Below, piece by piece: positions 30,600-40,200 of a stretch of DNA of 64,000 nucleotides (the stretch's first letter is position 1; every line of letters begins with the position of its first letter). Below the pieces are notes generated by a model. The model worked only from the letters and a program-made list of their open reading frames with translations, did not search any database and was not told the DNA's origin. The DNA is from an uncultured Bacilli bacterium (lineage in GTDB: Bacteria > Bacillota_I > Bacilli_A > RF39 > UBA660), in assembly GCA_950097225.1 (NCBI GenBank), contig CATNCE010000002.1:76105-140104 (forward strand), given 5' to 3'. The position numbers were made by a program, and so were the translations under genes.

Positions 30600-31900
30600 G
30601 TTATTTCTTGTCCTTTCTTTAATAAATTATTTATAATATAGGCTATATAGAAGGCAACAGCCGGATGAAATAAGGAATGACCAGCCATATAACTTATTGC
30701 TAATAATAATAGTAAAGAAAGACCTAGAAGAATGATTTCATCATTTAAAATCATTCGTGGTTTTCTTAGGAATAAACGGACGAATTTATATAATAAATAT
30801 ATTGGTAGAGAAAACTCGATAATTAAGCCAATAATACCATAAAACATGTATAAATCATGAATATCACGTTCGTTGATATGACTTATTAAAATGCCATTTA
30901 AGTAATTACCTTGATCGGTTAAACCAAATAGTTTATGAAACGATCCAGCATTCTTGTATAGCTCTTTATTGATAGCTACAAAATCACTGCGTCCATTGAA
31001 TACTAAAGCATTATTTACTTCTTTTTGCATTTCCGATTCACTTATAGATGGATTTTTATTTAAAGACGTATTAATAGATTGCTCATATATTTCTAACATA
31101 TTATTATATATTGGTAAACGTTTTATGTTGAAGGTAATAAGCCCTAGAATAATTAATAATGGCAAAATATACTTAGTTTTATAACTACGTTTACGATCGA
31201 ATATGGAAGCAATAAAATGATATATTGGGTATCCTGCTAGTAAAGCGATGACACCAATAATACTTGTCTTAGTTCCCAGTAAACTTAAAAATAAGGCTAG
31301 AAGTGCCAAGACTAAAAAATCAATTAGTTTTTTATTTTTTATAAAATTAATAATTTGATAAGTTAGCAAAGCAATTAAAACAGAGCCATATTCATTAGCG
31401 GAAAAGAAGTATCCCAAGTAGCCTTTATGGATACAAGGATAAAAATCATCATATGAACAATAAGAAGTATGAGTAAATACGGATATTAAGAAAGATATAC
31501 TTACGATTAGTCCCATATTTCTAAATACTTTAGTATTAATTGCCTTATTTTCTTGCATATAAAGATAGAAAAACAATAAGACAATAGGAAAATACAACAT
31601 ACGGAAGAGATTGTAGCCTTGTTTAAAGATGCTAAATGAATCTTTAAGGAAATAATTACCAGTTAATGTAATAAGACAATAAAGGGCCCATATAGCTAAA
31701 TATCCATATACTCGTTTATCTTTCTTGGATATGACATAAATACCTGCATAAACTAAAAATAGAAAGCGGATAATCATGGCACAAGAAATTGGCAAGGCAA
31801 AATGGGCTTTCATTACACCTGTAATAATATCGATAACTGGTTGAAAAATAAAATAAGCAGCTATTACATGGTTGTTATATAATCTTTTCATTTTCATCAT
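30596..31900 (-). CDS. Polytopic membrane protein (first gene of the locus; polymerase/ligase-like)
   Basis: 434 aa with 10 or more TM helices. 4-bp overlap with the downstream GT2. Confidence 0.3.
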   Translation of the reverse strand: MMKMKRLYNNHVIAAYFIFQPVIDIITGVMKAHFALPISCAMIIRFLFLVYAGIYVISKKDKRVYGYLAIWALYCLITLTGNYFLKDSFSIFKQGYNLFRMLYFPIVLLFFYLYMQENKAINTKVFRNMGLIVSISFLISVFTHTSYCSYDDFYPCIHKGYLGYFFSANEYGSVLIALLTYQIINFIKNKKLIDFLVLALLALFLSLLGTKTSIIGVIALLAGYPIYHFIASIFDRKRSYKTKYILPLLIILGLITFNIKRLPIYNNMLEIYEQSINTSLNKNPSISESEMQKEVNNALVFNGRSDFVAINKELYKNAGSFHKLFGLTDQGNYLNGILISHINERDIHDLYMFYGIIGLIIEFSLPIYLLYKFVRLFLRKPRMILNDEIILLGLSLLLLLAISYMAGHSLFHPAVAFYIAYIINNLLKKGQEIT

Positions 31901-31943
31901 CCTTAAATTTTTCTATAAAAATAATATCACGATTTAGACGTAT

Positions 31944-31980
31944 AGACAACAAAAAAAGGCAATTATTTTGATTGCCCTTT
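31944..31980 (-). terminator. Rho-independent terminator at the end of the two-paralogue operon
   Basis: Minus strand GGCAAT-caaaataa-ATTGCC followed by T7. The stop codon of 31963..33555 lies inside the hairpin. Confidence 0.55.
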
Positions 31981-33555
31981 TAAGACTTTAGAAGCAGCCA
32001 CTTTATATTCATAGTCAACATTTCTATCATATTTGGATGCTTCTTTTAAGTATTCAACTAAAATACATTTTCCAAGCTTATAATCTTCATCACTACAGAT
32101 GAACATTTCTTTTAGAGTTTTATCAATAGAGGCAGCTAGATCAGGGTCATAATGGTTAATCCTATCTAAGTTGTCATAGCTATTAAGAACTGGGTTTTCA
32201 CATTCACGTTTAAAGTCGGCCAGATAAATTCTTAAGACTTCATAAATATTTGCCTTCTCAACATTATAGGTAATTAAAAGAGAGACTAAATCGATTAAAT
32301 CGTCATAAGATTGAACATATTTAACTAATTGATTATTCTTATCTAATACAGGTGTAAATACACAACGATCAATTACAGATGATAGCATTCTTTTTATCTC
32401 GTATTTATCATGCCCATAGAGTTTCATGTCCGAAACAACCTTAAATATTTCAGTAATACTTGGAGCTTTGATGAGACTCGCATTGTATGAATCCCAATAC
32501 TTTCTAATATTGTGTTTTAAAGCCCTCGCCTCTTTTTCCGTTAAGTAAGTTTGAGCTGGTTTTGGATTACTTGGTTTATTTTTTCTAGCGTTATTTAGAT
32601 TATTGATGCGTTCATTATGATCAACCAATAATTTATAGTATTGTTGATACGTTCCAGTGTATAGATTTTCTGCTTCTTCTACTAAGTTGGCACCCTCTTC
32701 TAGATTCTCAGATGGGGAACGGAACATATGAGTAACTGGTATACCAATGTCTTTGATGGTATCATAGCTAGTTAGCATTTCCAAATATGTTTCACATAGA
32801 TCAAGATCAACTGTTGATGTGCTTTGTTGTAGATTTTTGATATATTTCTTTAAAAGGAATCTTATTATTCTTATATAGCAAAATGGCTCAATGTTAAAGG
32901 CACTTAAGACAGCAGCAACATCAACTATATTTTCCATAGTGATATTACTATAACACTCAATTGCATTAGTTTTATATTTTTCGTGATTACTAATAAATTC
33001 GCGCAAGTCCTCCATAAAGTATTCTGAACATGCCGATAATTCTAGATGACGCTTTAAATCTATTCCCGTTAATGTAGTAGGATCAGCATTTAAAAGTTCT
33101 GGTAGTTTATATTCCTTTATTAGCTCATCTAGTTCTTTATGAGTCATGGTCCTAAAATCTAATTTGCGAAGTTTTTCAATATTTATCGCATAAGGTTCAG
33201 TTTGGGCTGACTTAAGATTGCGTTCAATAAAGAAATTAAATATTTTATAAATTTCTCGATCATCTAGTTTAGCAAAACGCATATAACTACTTAAAAAATC
33301 AAAATATTGAAATAGTTCACGATTTTTAATAAATTCTTCATCGGGAACCTCTAAAAGACGGATAAAGTTCTTTATTTCTGTTATTATATCGTCGACATTC
33401 ATATATTCATCTTCAACAAAATATTTAGTAACTAAAGGCGGGTTCCCATTATTGTAATTAGTAGCAATAATAAATTTTTGACTATCAGCATAGTTTTCAC
33501 AATACTCTAACATAGAGTATAGTTCGCGGCTAAATTTTTCGATTGGTTTATTCAT
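31963..33555 (-). CDS. Hypothetical cytoplasmic alpha-helical protein, paralogue B
   Basis: 530 aa with no recognisable motif. Shares a central motif with the upstream gene (LTEKEARALKHNIRKYWDSY versus LSSKEVRAMKGQISRFYDTI). Confidence 0.5.
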   Translation of the reverse strand: MNKPIEKFSRELYSMLEYCENYADSQKFIIATNYNNGNPPLVTKYFVEDEYMNVDDIITEIKNFIRLLEVPDEEFIKNRELFQYFDFLSSYMRFAKLDDREIYKIFNFFIERNLKSAQTEPYAINIEKLRKLDFRTMTHKELDELIKEYKLPELLNADPTTLTGIDLKRHLELSACSEYFMEDLREFISNHEKYKTNAIECYSNITMENIVDVAAVLSAFNIEPFCYIRIIRFLLKKYIKNLQQSTSTVDLDLCETYLEMLTSYDTIKDIGIPVTHMFRSPSENLEEGANLVEEAENLYTGTYQQYYKLLVDHNERINNLNNARKNKPSNPKPAQTYLTEKEARALKHNIRKYWDSYNASLIKAPSITEIFKVVSDMKLYGHDKYEIKRMLSSVIDRCVFTPVLDKNNQLVKYVQSYDDLIDLVSLLITYNVEKANIYEVLRIYLADFKRECENPVLNSYDNLDRINHYDPDLAASIDKTLKEMFICSDEDYKLGKCILVEYLKEASKYDRNVDYEYKVAASKVLKGQSK

Positions 33556-34844
33556 TTTTTAATTCCTCTTTCTTTGATTTTATTTAACTCGTATTCTTCT
33601 ACTTCAGAATCGGCAAAAGTATCTTCTATACCTAGTTCTATTAGTTCTTTGGTTGTTGTATATAATTCATCATCTGCTATAAATAAACTGGCAAAGTATT
33701 GGTCTAATTCACAAGCTTTATCATGATCTATTTTATGATATCTTTCACAATTAGTTAAGTATTTAGTGATAATATTTTGATCATCAAGTACTCTTGTGAA
33801 AAATGGTTCCATAAAGTCACGTATTTGATCTTTTGGGCATTTGTATTTAAACATTAAGGAAGCAATATTAGTCATTTCTTCTTCATCAGAAGTTAAAATT
33901 TCATCATTTTTTTGATAATGAACGATAACCATTTCAATGAATTCGCCTATTTTATTTAATGGTACTTCTCTTAGTGCTTCAAGGTTGTTAATAGTCTTGA
34001 TTAGCTCAACATAGTTTGGAATATCTCTCAATTTTTCGTGGATAGTATCATAGAAGCGGCTTATCTGGCCTTTCATGGCACGAACTTCCTTCGAACTCAG
34101 ATAAGTATCTTCTTGGTTCTTTACTCGATAACTTGCTTTACTAGATGTATAAACATTCGAAGTTTTTATAACTGATGCATGTTTTTGAACAATTTTAGTT
34201 AAATATACTCTAATTTTGTTTAATACGGATTCAATAACTCCTAATTTAGCAAATTCTTCTATAATAGCATCAACGACATCACAACCATCAAAAAGTTCTT
34301 GGTAATAATTAAAAATATTAGTACAACTATCTAGCAATGGTTTAAGATCTTGTACATACTTATCAATGTTGCTATATACTTCCCCAATTACTTCAGCTTC
34401 CTTAGCGTTTACCTTATCAAATTGTCCAGTTAGAATTTTTTCAAGACGACCTGATAACTCCATATCTAGTAGATCTTGTTCGGAAACATTTTTAAATTTG
34501 TGTTCTAAAACACAAGTGAGGTTAATGGCTTTTGATCCTCGGTTATTAGTAATATTTCTATTAATATGGTAGTACAAGACATCAAAGACTTCGCTTATTT
34601 TTAAATTTGATATATCTAAGATTTCTGAAATTATAGAAAACTGATTAAAAAGCTCATGATCGGATGGATTAATAAGAATATCTTTGGTTTCAGCCAATAG
34701 TATTGCTTTCTTTAAATACTCTTCTAATTTAACTTGTGTATCTTTTTCTTTAATTTCATTCTTCTTTATTAATTTTATTTCAGCTTCGTAATCCAAAGCT
34801 TTATTGTATATATAATCTAGTAATTTTAAACACGATTCTGGCAT
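33552..34844 (-). CDS. Hypothetical cytoplasmic alpha-helical protein, paralogue A
   Basis: 430 aa. 4-bp overlap with the paralogue downstream. Confidence 0.5.
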   Translation of the reverse strand: MPESCLKLLDYIYNKALDYEAEIKLIKKNEIKEKDTQVKLEEYLKKAILLAETKDILINPSDHELFNQFSIISEILDISNLKISEVFDVLYYHINRNITNNRGSKAINLTCVLEHKFKNVSEQDLLDMELSGRLEKILTGQFDKVNAKEAEVIGEVYSNIDKYVQDLKPLLDSCTNIFNYYQELFDGCDVVDAIIEEFAKLGVIESVLNKIRVYLTKIVQKHASVIKTSNVYTSSKASYRVKNQEDTYLSSKEVRAMKGQISRFYDTIHEKLRDIPNYVELIKTINNLEALREVPLNKIGEFIEMVIVHYQKNDEILTSDEEEMTNIASLMFKYKCPKDQIRDFMEPFFTRVLDDQNIITKYLTNCERYHKIDHDKACELDQYFASLFIADDELYTTTKELIELGIEDTFADSEVEEYELNKIKERGIKK

Positions 34845-34904
34845 ATAAAATCCCCTTTTCTTTCGGGGAATTATTATATATTAAAAAGGTTTCTTTGTCA
34901 AAAT

Positions 34905-35270
34905 TTATGATATATGGACTTTCCCATCTATTTTGTAAGTCTTATCATCCATTTTTATATACAAGTCATATATACCTGCTTCAATAGAGAAGTACGTTTT
35001 AGTGTTAAGATATGGGAATGTATAGGTGTGTTTTTTACTTTTGAAGGTTATTGTGAGTGAATCAAAGTGATCATTACTAATAGTCGTCTCTAAAGAATTA
35101 TTAGTTATTCTAAATATATTATTTAATGGTTTAGTTTGATTAAGAGAGAATGACTCTAATTGGTCATAATTGTTTAAATAGATGTAATTGGATATTTGAT
35201 AATTAGCAACTGAGAGTTTGGAATAAAAAGCAGCCTTGTAAATTGGGCTAGCGATATTTATAGTTGCCAT
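34905..35270 (-). CDS. Hypothetical small protein
   Basis: 121 aa. Overlaps the upstream gene by 13 bp, so operon partner. Confidence 0.3.
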   Translation of the reverse strand: MATINIASPIYKAAFYSKLSVANYQISNYIYLNNYDQLESFSLNQTKPLNNIFRITNNSLETTISNDHFDSLTITFKSKKHTYTFPYLNTKTYFSIEAGIYDLYIKMDDKTYKIDGKVHIS

Positions 35271-36613
35271 TTTTTTTGATTTTTATAGATAATAAGATTA
35301 GTGTAAACTTCGTTATTTTTTATATCACTTTCATTAGCATACATGTAAGAATAATTTACTAAAGTTTGTGTTTTTTCATCGATACTTCCATAAGCATATG
35401 AGTATTTTTTAGCGTTTTGATATTTTTTTATGACTTTAGCACGATTATCTTTTAGTTCAAGTACTAAACCAGATGCTGTCTTGTGCTTTTTAGTATTGTG
35501 GCTGTAGGCGTTATTGTATAGGCTAATGGTCGTATCACTCAAGAACTTAACATCATGAGCACCAAGAATTTCTTCGCTTGTCTTAATAATATATTTAGAG
35601 AAATTTTTTTGTATTTTCTTATCGCTAGATATTATGAATTCAAGCTCTTTAGTTTGATAATTAAGAGATAAAATGGTATCAATATCTCGCATACTGATGA
35701 TAATACGATCATTTAAATAAGAAAAAGAGTTAATCCCTAATCCATGAGGTAGACTCTGCAAGTATTCAGATATTAAAGGATTATAATTAGTTAAGTACTC
35801 ATAGAAATCAATTGAGTCAAGGATACTCCCGGTATCTAAATCAAGAACATATAATACATTTAAGGGAACATCTCCCTTGCTTCCTAAGACAAAGGCTAAG
35901 TTATCTTGATACATTGATATAGCATGATGATATTTTAATTTAGAATCAATTCTTTTGATAATGCGTCCTAGATAATCAAGTTCGTAAATGCCAGAGAAAG
36001 TTTGGATGTTATTTTCAATAATGTGTTCTTCCGTCCCGATTAGGAAAGTATTATTATTGGTTGGTTCAATGAATCCTTGGGTGTCGAGGTTTAGATACCA
36101 TATTAATGCTCCTTCAGGATCTATTATACTATGCTTTAGATCAGGAGATGATATTAATATATTATTAGTATTATCCCCTTTTACTTTTGTTGCAACATCA
36201 GATATTTTGTCAGTCTTTATAATGTAGTTATATTTATTAGTGCCGTTTTTAATAGTAATTTTATTTTCATAATCCTCTTTTAAGTAAATGATAGGTATCG
36301 TAAATTTGCTATCTTCAATACTGCCGATTAAATAATCGTTAACGAACACCTCAACGCGAGTTTTATTTGGGGTATTAAAGATGATTAGAGCACTTAGAGG
36401 ACTGATAAGGTATGGATTTAAAATAATTTTAGGATCATCAACCGTGTAATTCGCCTGTTGATATTTTTTTATGTCAGCACTAATTTTGGCTTGTTTAGTC
36501 AGTAAATCATCAGTTATATTAAGGTAGGTTTTATTTTCAAGACGACTTAGGGTATAAATAATAAAAAGACATGTTATAAGTCCAAAGACGATTAGAATTT
36601 TTTTCATATTCAC
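35258..36613 (-). CDS. Secreted or membrane-anchored hypothetical protein (possibly beta-propeller/ASST-like)
   Basis: N-terminal signal anchor MNMKKILIVFGLITCLFIIYTLS. Beta-rich repeats. Confidence 0.4.
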   Translation of the reverse strand: MNMKKILIVFGLITCLFIIYTLSRLENKTYLNITDDLLTKQAKISADIKKYQQANYTVDDPKIILNPYLISPLSALIIFNTPNKTRVEVFVNDYLIGSIEDSKFTIPIIYLKEDYENKITIKNGTNKYNYIIKTDKISDVATKVKGDNTNNILISSPDLKHSIIDPEGALIWYLNLDTQGFIEPTNNNTFLIGTEEHIIENNIQTFSGIYELDYLGRIIKRIDSKLKYHHAISMYQDNLAFVLGSKGDVPLNVLYVLDLDTGSILDSIDFYEYLTNYNPLISEYLQSLPHGLGINSFSYLNDRIIISMRDIDTILSLNYQTKELEFIISSDKKIQKNFSKYIIKTSEEILGAHDVKFLSDTTISLYNNAYSHNTKKHKTASGLVLELKDNRAKVIKKYQNAKKYSYAYGSIDEKTQTLVNYSYMYANESDIKNNEVYTNLIIYKNQKKWQL

Positions 36614-36658
36614 CCTCCTTTTTAATTATATCATTAAAAAAAGATATATAATATATCT

Positions 36659-37198
36659 TTAATGGGATTTCATCTGTGATAAATCAGGCAATTTAAATTC
36701 CATGGCTTTTTTATATCCAGTTAATTTTTTTAAATTATTTACTTCTTGAACTAAGATGTAATAGCTTAAAGTAATTACGGAAGTGCAGAGAGTCGAGAAG
36801 GAAAATAAGCAAATCGATAAGGCAAAAAGAATGTAATTGCCAATAAAAAATGTAAGCGGTACAAGACAACCTGATATTCCAAGAAAAAAGGCATTTACTA
36901 ATAAGACAAGAAGACGTTCTGTAGATGTTTTTTCATAATTGTCTATTTTATTAGCAATATCAATCTTACTGCGGATAATGGTTTGGTTAATCCTCACTTG
37001 GTTAGGACGAGTATTTTTTACAACACGAGATTTGCCCACATTGGAAAATATTCGAATATTATCCCCTTCTATTTTATAGTCGACAACATATTTAGTAAAA
37101 TGATTATAAAGGAACTTTTTCTTCTGTTTGTTTGAATTAAAAAAAGCTTTATTTAAGTTTGGTATTTCTAGTTTTTTCATGCATCCACTTCCCCGCAA
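36659..37198 (-). CDS. Hypothetical membrane protein
   Basis: C-terminal TM helices. Confidence 0.35.
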   Translation of the reverse strand: MRGSGCMKKLEIPNLNKAFFNSNKQKKKFLYNHFTKYVVDYKIEGDNIRIFSNVGKSRVVKNTRPNQVRINQTIIRSKIDIANKIDNYEKTSTERLLVLLVNAFFLGISGCLVPLTFFIGNYILFALSICLFSFSTLCTSVITLSYYILVQEVNNLKKLTGYKKAMEFKLPDLSQMKSH

Positions 37199-37305
37199 AT
37201 TTTAGTTGCTATACTATCACATATTAGTCTCTTTTGCAACCTTAATTAATAGTATTCATATGCACAAAATATATGTTATAATAGGTACTTAATTGAGGAG
37301 AATTT

Positions 37306-37683
37306 ATGAAATATTTAGTAACACGTGATAGAATTTTGATCTGCACGATAAAGATATTTGCAGACTATGATCAAGAAACAGGAGCACTTAGAGAGGAAGA
37401 TTTGACTGATCAAGACCGAGTTCGTATGGTCATATTCATGGATGGTGAAATAATCGATTTTAGAACTGGTGATGTACTATCACATATATATGAAGAGGAT
37501 GGCTTTGTTACTGGTGAAATATATGCAAATACTATGTATGTTGATGAGCTATTTTCGGCTGATAAAGTACTAACTGATGGGGAGTTTTTATATGCACAGG
37601 AATTGTATCAATTCTATTTGATACGCAAAAAATTAATCGAAGAAGATAAGCTACGATTATTTAGACAACAACGTTTATATTAA
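37306..37683 (+). CDS. Hypothetical protein
   Basis: 125 aa. GAGGAG RBS upstream. Confidence 0.4.
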   Translation: MKYLVTRDRILICTIKIFADYDQETGALREEDLTDQDRVRMVIFMDGEIIDFRTGDVLSHIYEEDGFVTGEIYANTMYVDELFSADKVLTDGEFLYAQELYQFYLIRKKLIEEDKLRLFRQQRLY

Positions 37684-37762
37684 ATTTTGAGGTATTAATA
37701 AATTAATATCTTTTTTATTGTCTATAAAAAAACAAACCAATATTTTGGTCTGTCTAATTTGA

Positions 37763-38875
37763 TTATTCTTCATTTGGAACTTTTAAATTCATAGTTTTTT
37801 GTTGTTGTTTTTGTTTAAGGCGCTTGATAACGTCTTTTAAATTATCAAAGATTAAATCACTTGAAAATATAGAGTCTCCTAGTTCTTCTCTTAGTTTTAT
37901 ATCAATAAAACATGGGAATCCTTGATTTTTTTTGAATAGATCCTTGATTTTTTTAGTTTTTGGTTTAGATGGTTTAATTATATCCAAACAAAAATATTCT
38001 GTATTTCTGCTGGTGCGAGCATGAACCGGATTCAACTGAACAACATAGTCTAGTTCGTATTCATTTAATTGTTCCCCAACTACGCCATCACACATTGTAT
38101 ATATCTCACTTTGACGATCTACCTTATAAACTCTTTGATTCAAGATTCCATTAACATCAATGTTTAAGGTATTATTTATAGATTGCCCATTTTTCTCAAT
38201 AACAAAGGCATCGTGAGCATCAACGCTTCCCTTGATAGTTACATTGTCAGCTTGACGAATTGGTGTTATTAAGACTTTTTTATCAAATATTGAATTAATT
38301 TCATATACCCCATTAACAGTTAAAATATCTATTTCATCATTGTCAAACTCGTATTTTCCCAATATGGCTTCAATATTCTCTTTTAGCAAGTAATACATGA
38401 TACTCTCTTCACTATCATTTAAGACATAGCCAGCTCGCATAAGTTTGCGAAGTAAAACATCTGGTAAGTTGATTTTAATCGAATTAGTAAATCCATCCTT
38501 ATTACCATCTATTTTAAAAAGTTGTTTATCAGCGTTGGCAGCCGTTATAGATAGTTTGTCGCCATCTTTTTGGATGTAAAAAGATGCTAAACTATTCGTT
38601 TTATCTATGTTATGTCCATATTTTGGAAAACCATTTTTAGGATACAACGTTATCGTATATTCATTTGGACCTGGTTGTGCACTTTTTACGACAACTTTTT
38701 GAAGATCGATAGTTCTTTTCCCTAATTTAGCAATAATATCTTTAATTATTAATGCATATAAAATACCCTTTTTTTCTTTTGAATAATTATCACTAAGCAG
38801 TGGCTTAACGAATTCGTATATATAATCGCCGATATCAATTTCAGTTGGTGTAATTTTTTCTCTTATTTGTTCCAT
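37763..38875 (-). CDS. Hypothetical protein
   Basis: 370 aa with no confident motif. Confidence 0.4.
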   Translation of the reverse strand: MEQIREKITPTEIDIGDYIYEFVKPLLSDNYSKEKKGILYALIIKDIIAKLGKRTIDLQKVVVKSAQPGPNEYTITLYPKNGFPKYGHNIDKTNSLASFYIQKDGDKLSITAANADKQLFKIDGNKDGFTNSIKINLPDVLLRKLMRAGYVLNDSEESIMYYLLKENIEAILGKYEFDNDEIDILTVNGVYEINSIFDKKVLITPIRQADNVTIKGSVDAHDAFVIEKNGQSINNTLNIDVNGILNQRVYKVDRQSEIYTMCDGVVGEQLNEYELDYVVQLNPVHARTSRNTEYFCLDIIKPSKPKTKKIKDLFKKNQGFPCFIDIKLREELGDSIFSSDLIFDNLKDVIKRLKQKQQQKTMNLKVPNEE

Positions 38876-39060
38876 TTTCTCGCTCCTTTTGTTTTTGGTT
38901 TTTTATTATAACACATCGTCGTCAGGTAGTTAAGCAAAACGAGTGCTATTTACACATTTTTTACTTGCTTTAAAATTATAACAAATAACTTCCAATATAA
39001 AGATATTAAAACAATTATAAAAAATACCAAAAAAAATTAAAATAAGTTTCCCTATTTTAA

Positions 39061-39459
39061 TTATTCTTCATTTATGAGTTTGTCTAATACCGCATTAATC
39101 ATTTTGCGAACAGCATCATCACTATATTTTTTGGCTAATTCAATGGCTTCATTAATGACAACCAAGTCAGGAGTTTCTGTATACTTCATCTCGTAAATTC
39201 CCATTCTCAGTATTTCTCTTCCCATAGAGTCAAGGCGACTTATCGTCCAATTGGCTAAATTCTTATTGGCGATTTCGTCTAAATCGTCTTTATGGGTAAT
39301 TATTCCATAAACCATTTCTTTAACAAATTCATTATCAATTTCTAAATTCTCGGCAATTACATCGTCAATATTATATTCAATTTTGTTGTTTTGATATAGT
39401 GATATTTGATAAAGAATTGTCATTATCTTCTCTCTTAATTCACTTCTAGTAGAAGTCAT
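39061..39459 (-). CDS. nusB: Transcription antitermination factor NusB
   Basis: 132 aa; SELREKIMTILYQISLYQ...LDSMGREILRMGIYEM matches NusB. Confidence 0.85.
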   Translation of the reverse strand: MTSTRSELREKIMTILYQISLYQNNKIEYNIDDVIAENLEIDNEFVKEMVYGIITHKDDLDEIANKNLANWTISRLDSMGREILRMGIYEMKYTETPDLVVINEAIELAKKYSDDAVRKMINAVLDKLINEE

Positions 39460-39514
39460 ATAACTCCCTCTTTCACTTCAATAATTATAGCATAAATAAT
39501 GAAAATGTCTATGT

Positions 39515-40159
39515 TTATTTAGTAGAAATAACTTTTGTCCCTGCAACCATATCGTTTAATAGTATTTCGCCTTTTTTGACATAAAGGCAAATAACCATCG
39601 CGATTTCGAAAACATAGTTTATAAGTCCTAAAATAATGGTACTAAAAAAGAAAACTTGAGAACTATTAGCTAAAGATAAAAGGATGCGAATAATGACAAT
39701 GAAGTTAACTCCACAGTAAAGATTTGATCCATTTATTAAACTTCGCACGCATAGCTTAGAAAAACTAGCTGGGTCACCGGTTTTATCTACTACTTGTAAC
39801 TTGAATAATTTTTTCCCAACGGTCTGCCCATTGTTGAAATAGACAAAAACGACAAAGTAGAGAAAATATAAACCAATATACCATAGATTAGTAAATAGAC
39901 TATATTTTTCTAACTTAGATAGAGATGGCACTAGAAAGGAATTGATGTATTCGACCATATCATCAGGTCCTTCAAAACCACTTGAGCTAGTAATAATACT
40001 TTGATATTCATTATATACTTCTTGATAAGATGTAGATGCTTTTTCATATTGATCTTTATAGGGATTTAAGTAACTTAGACCACTTAAACTGATGGATAAG
40101 AAACTGACAATGAGCATATCAAGGATAAAAGCAACTACTCTTCTGCGTCTTTGATTCAT
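39515..40159 (-). CDS. RDD-family-like membrane protein
   Basis: N-terminus RRRRVVAFILDMLIVSFLS and 3-4 TM helices. Confidence 0.4.
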   Translation of the reverse strand: MNQRRRRVVAFILDMLIVSFLSISLSGLSYLNPYKDQYEKASTSYQEVYNEYQSIITSSSGFEGPDDMVEYINSFLVPSLSKLEKYSLFTNLWYIGLYFLYFVVFVYFNNGQTVGKKLFKLQVVDKTGDPASFSKLCVRSLINGSNLYCGVNFIVIIRILLSLANSSQVFFFSTIILGLINYVFEIAMVICLYVKKGEILLNDMVAGTKVISTK

Positions 40160-40200
40160 AAAATCACCAATATTATATTAACACATATAAAGTTTTTTTA

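Noticed and set aside
37763-38875. Possible nucleoid-associated protein (NdpA/YejK-like) assignment for the 370-aa protein
   Set aside because: The length is similar, but I could not match the characteristic N-terminal motifs by eye. Left as hypothetical.
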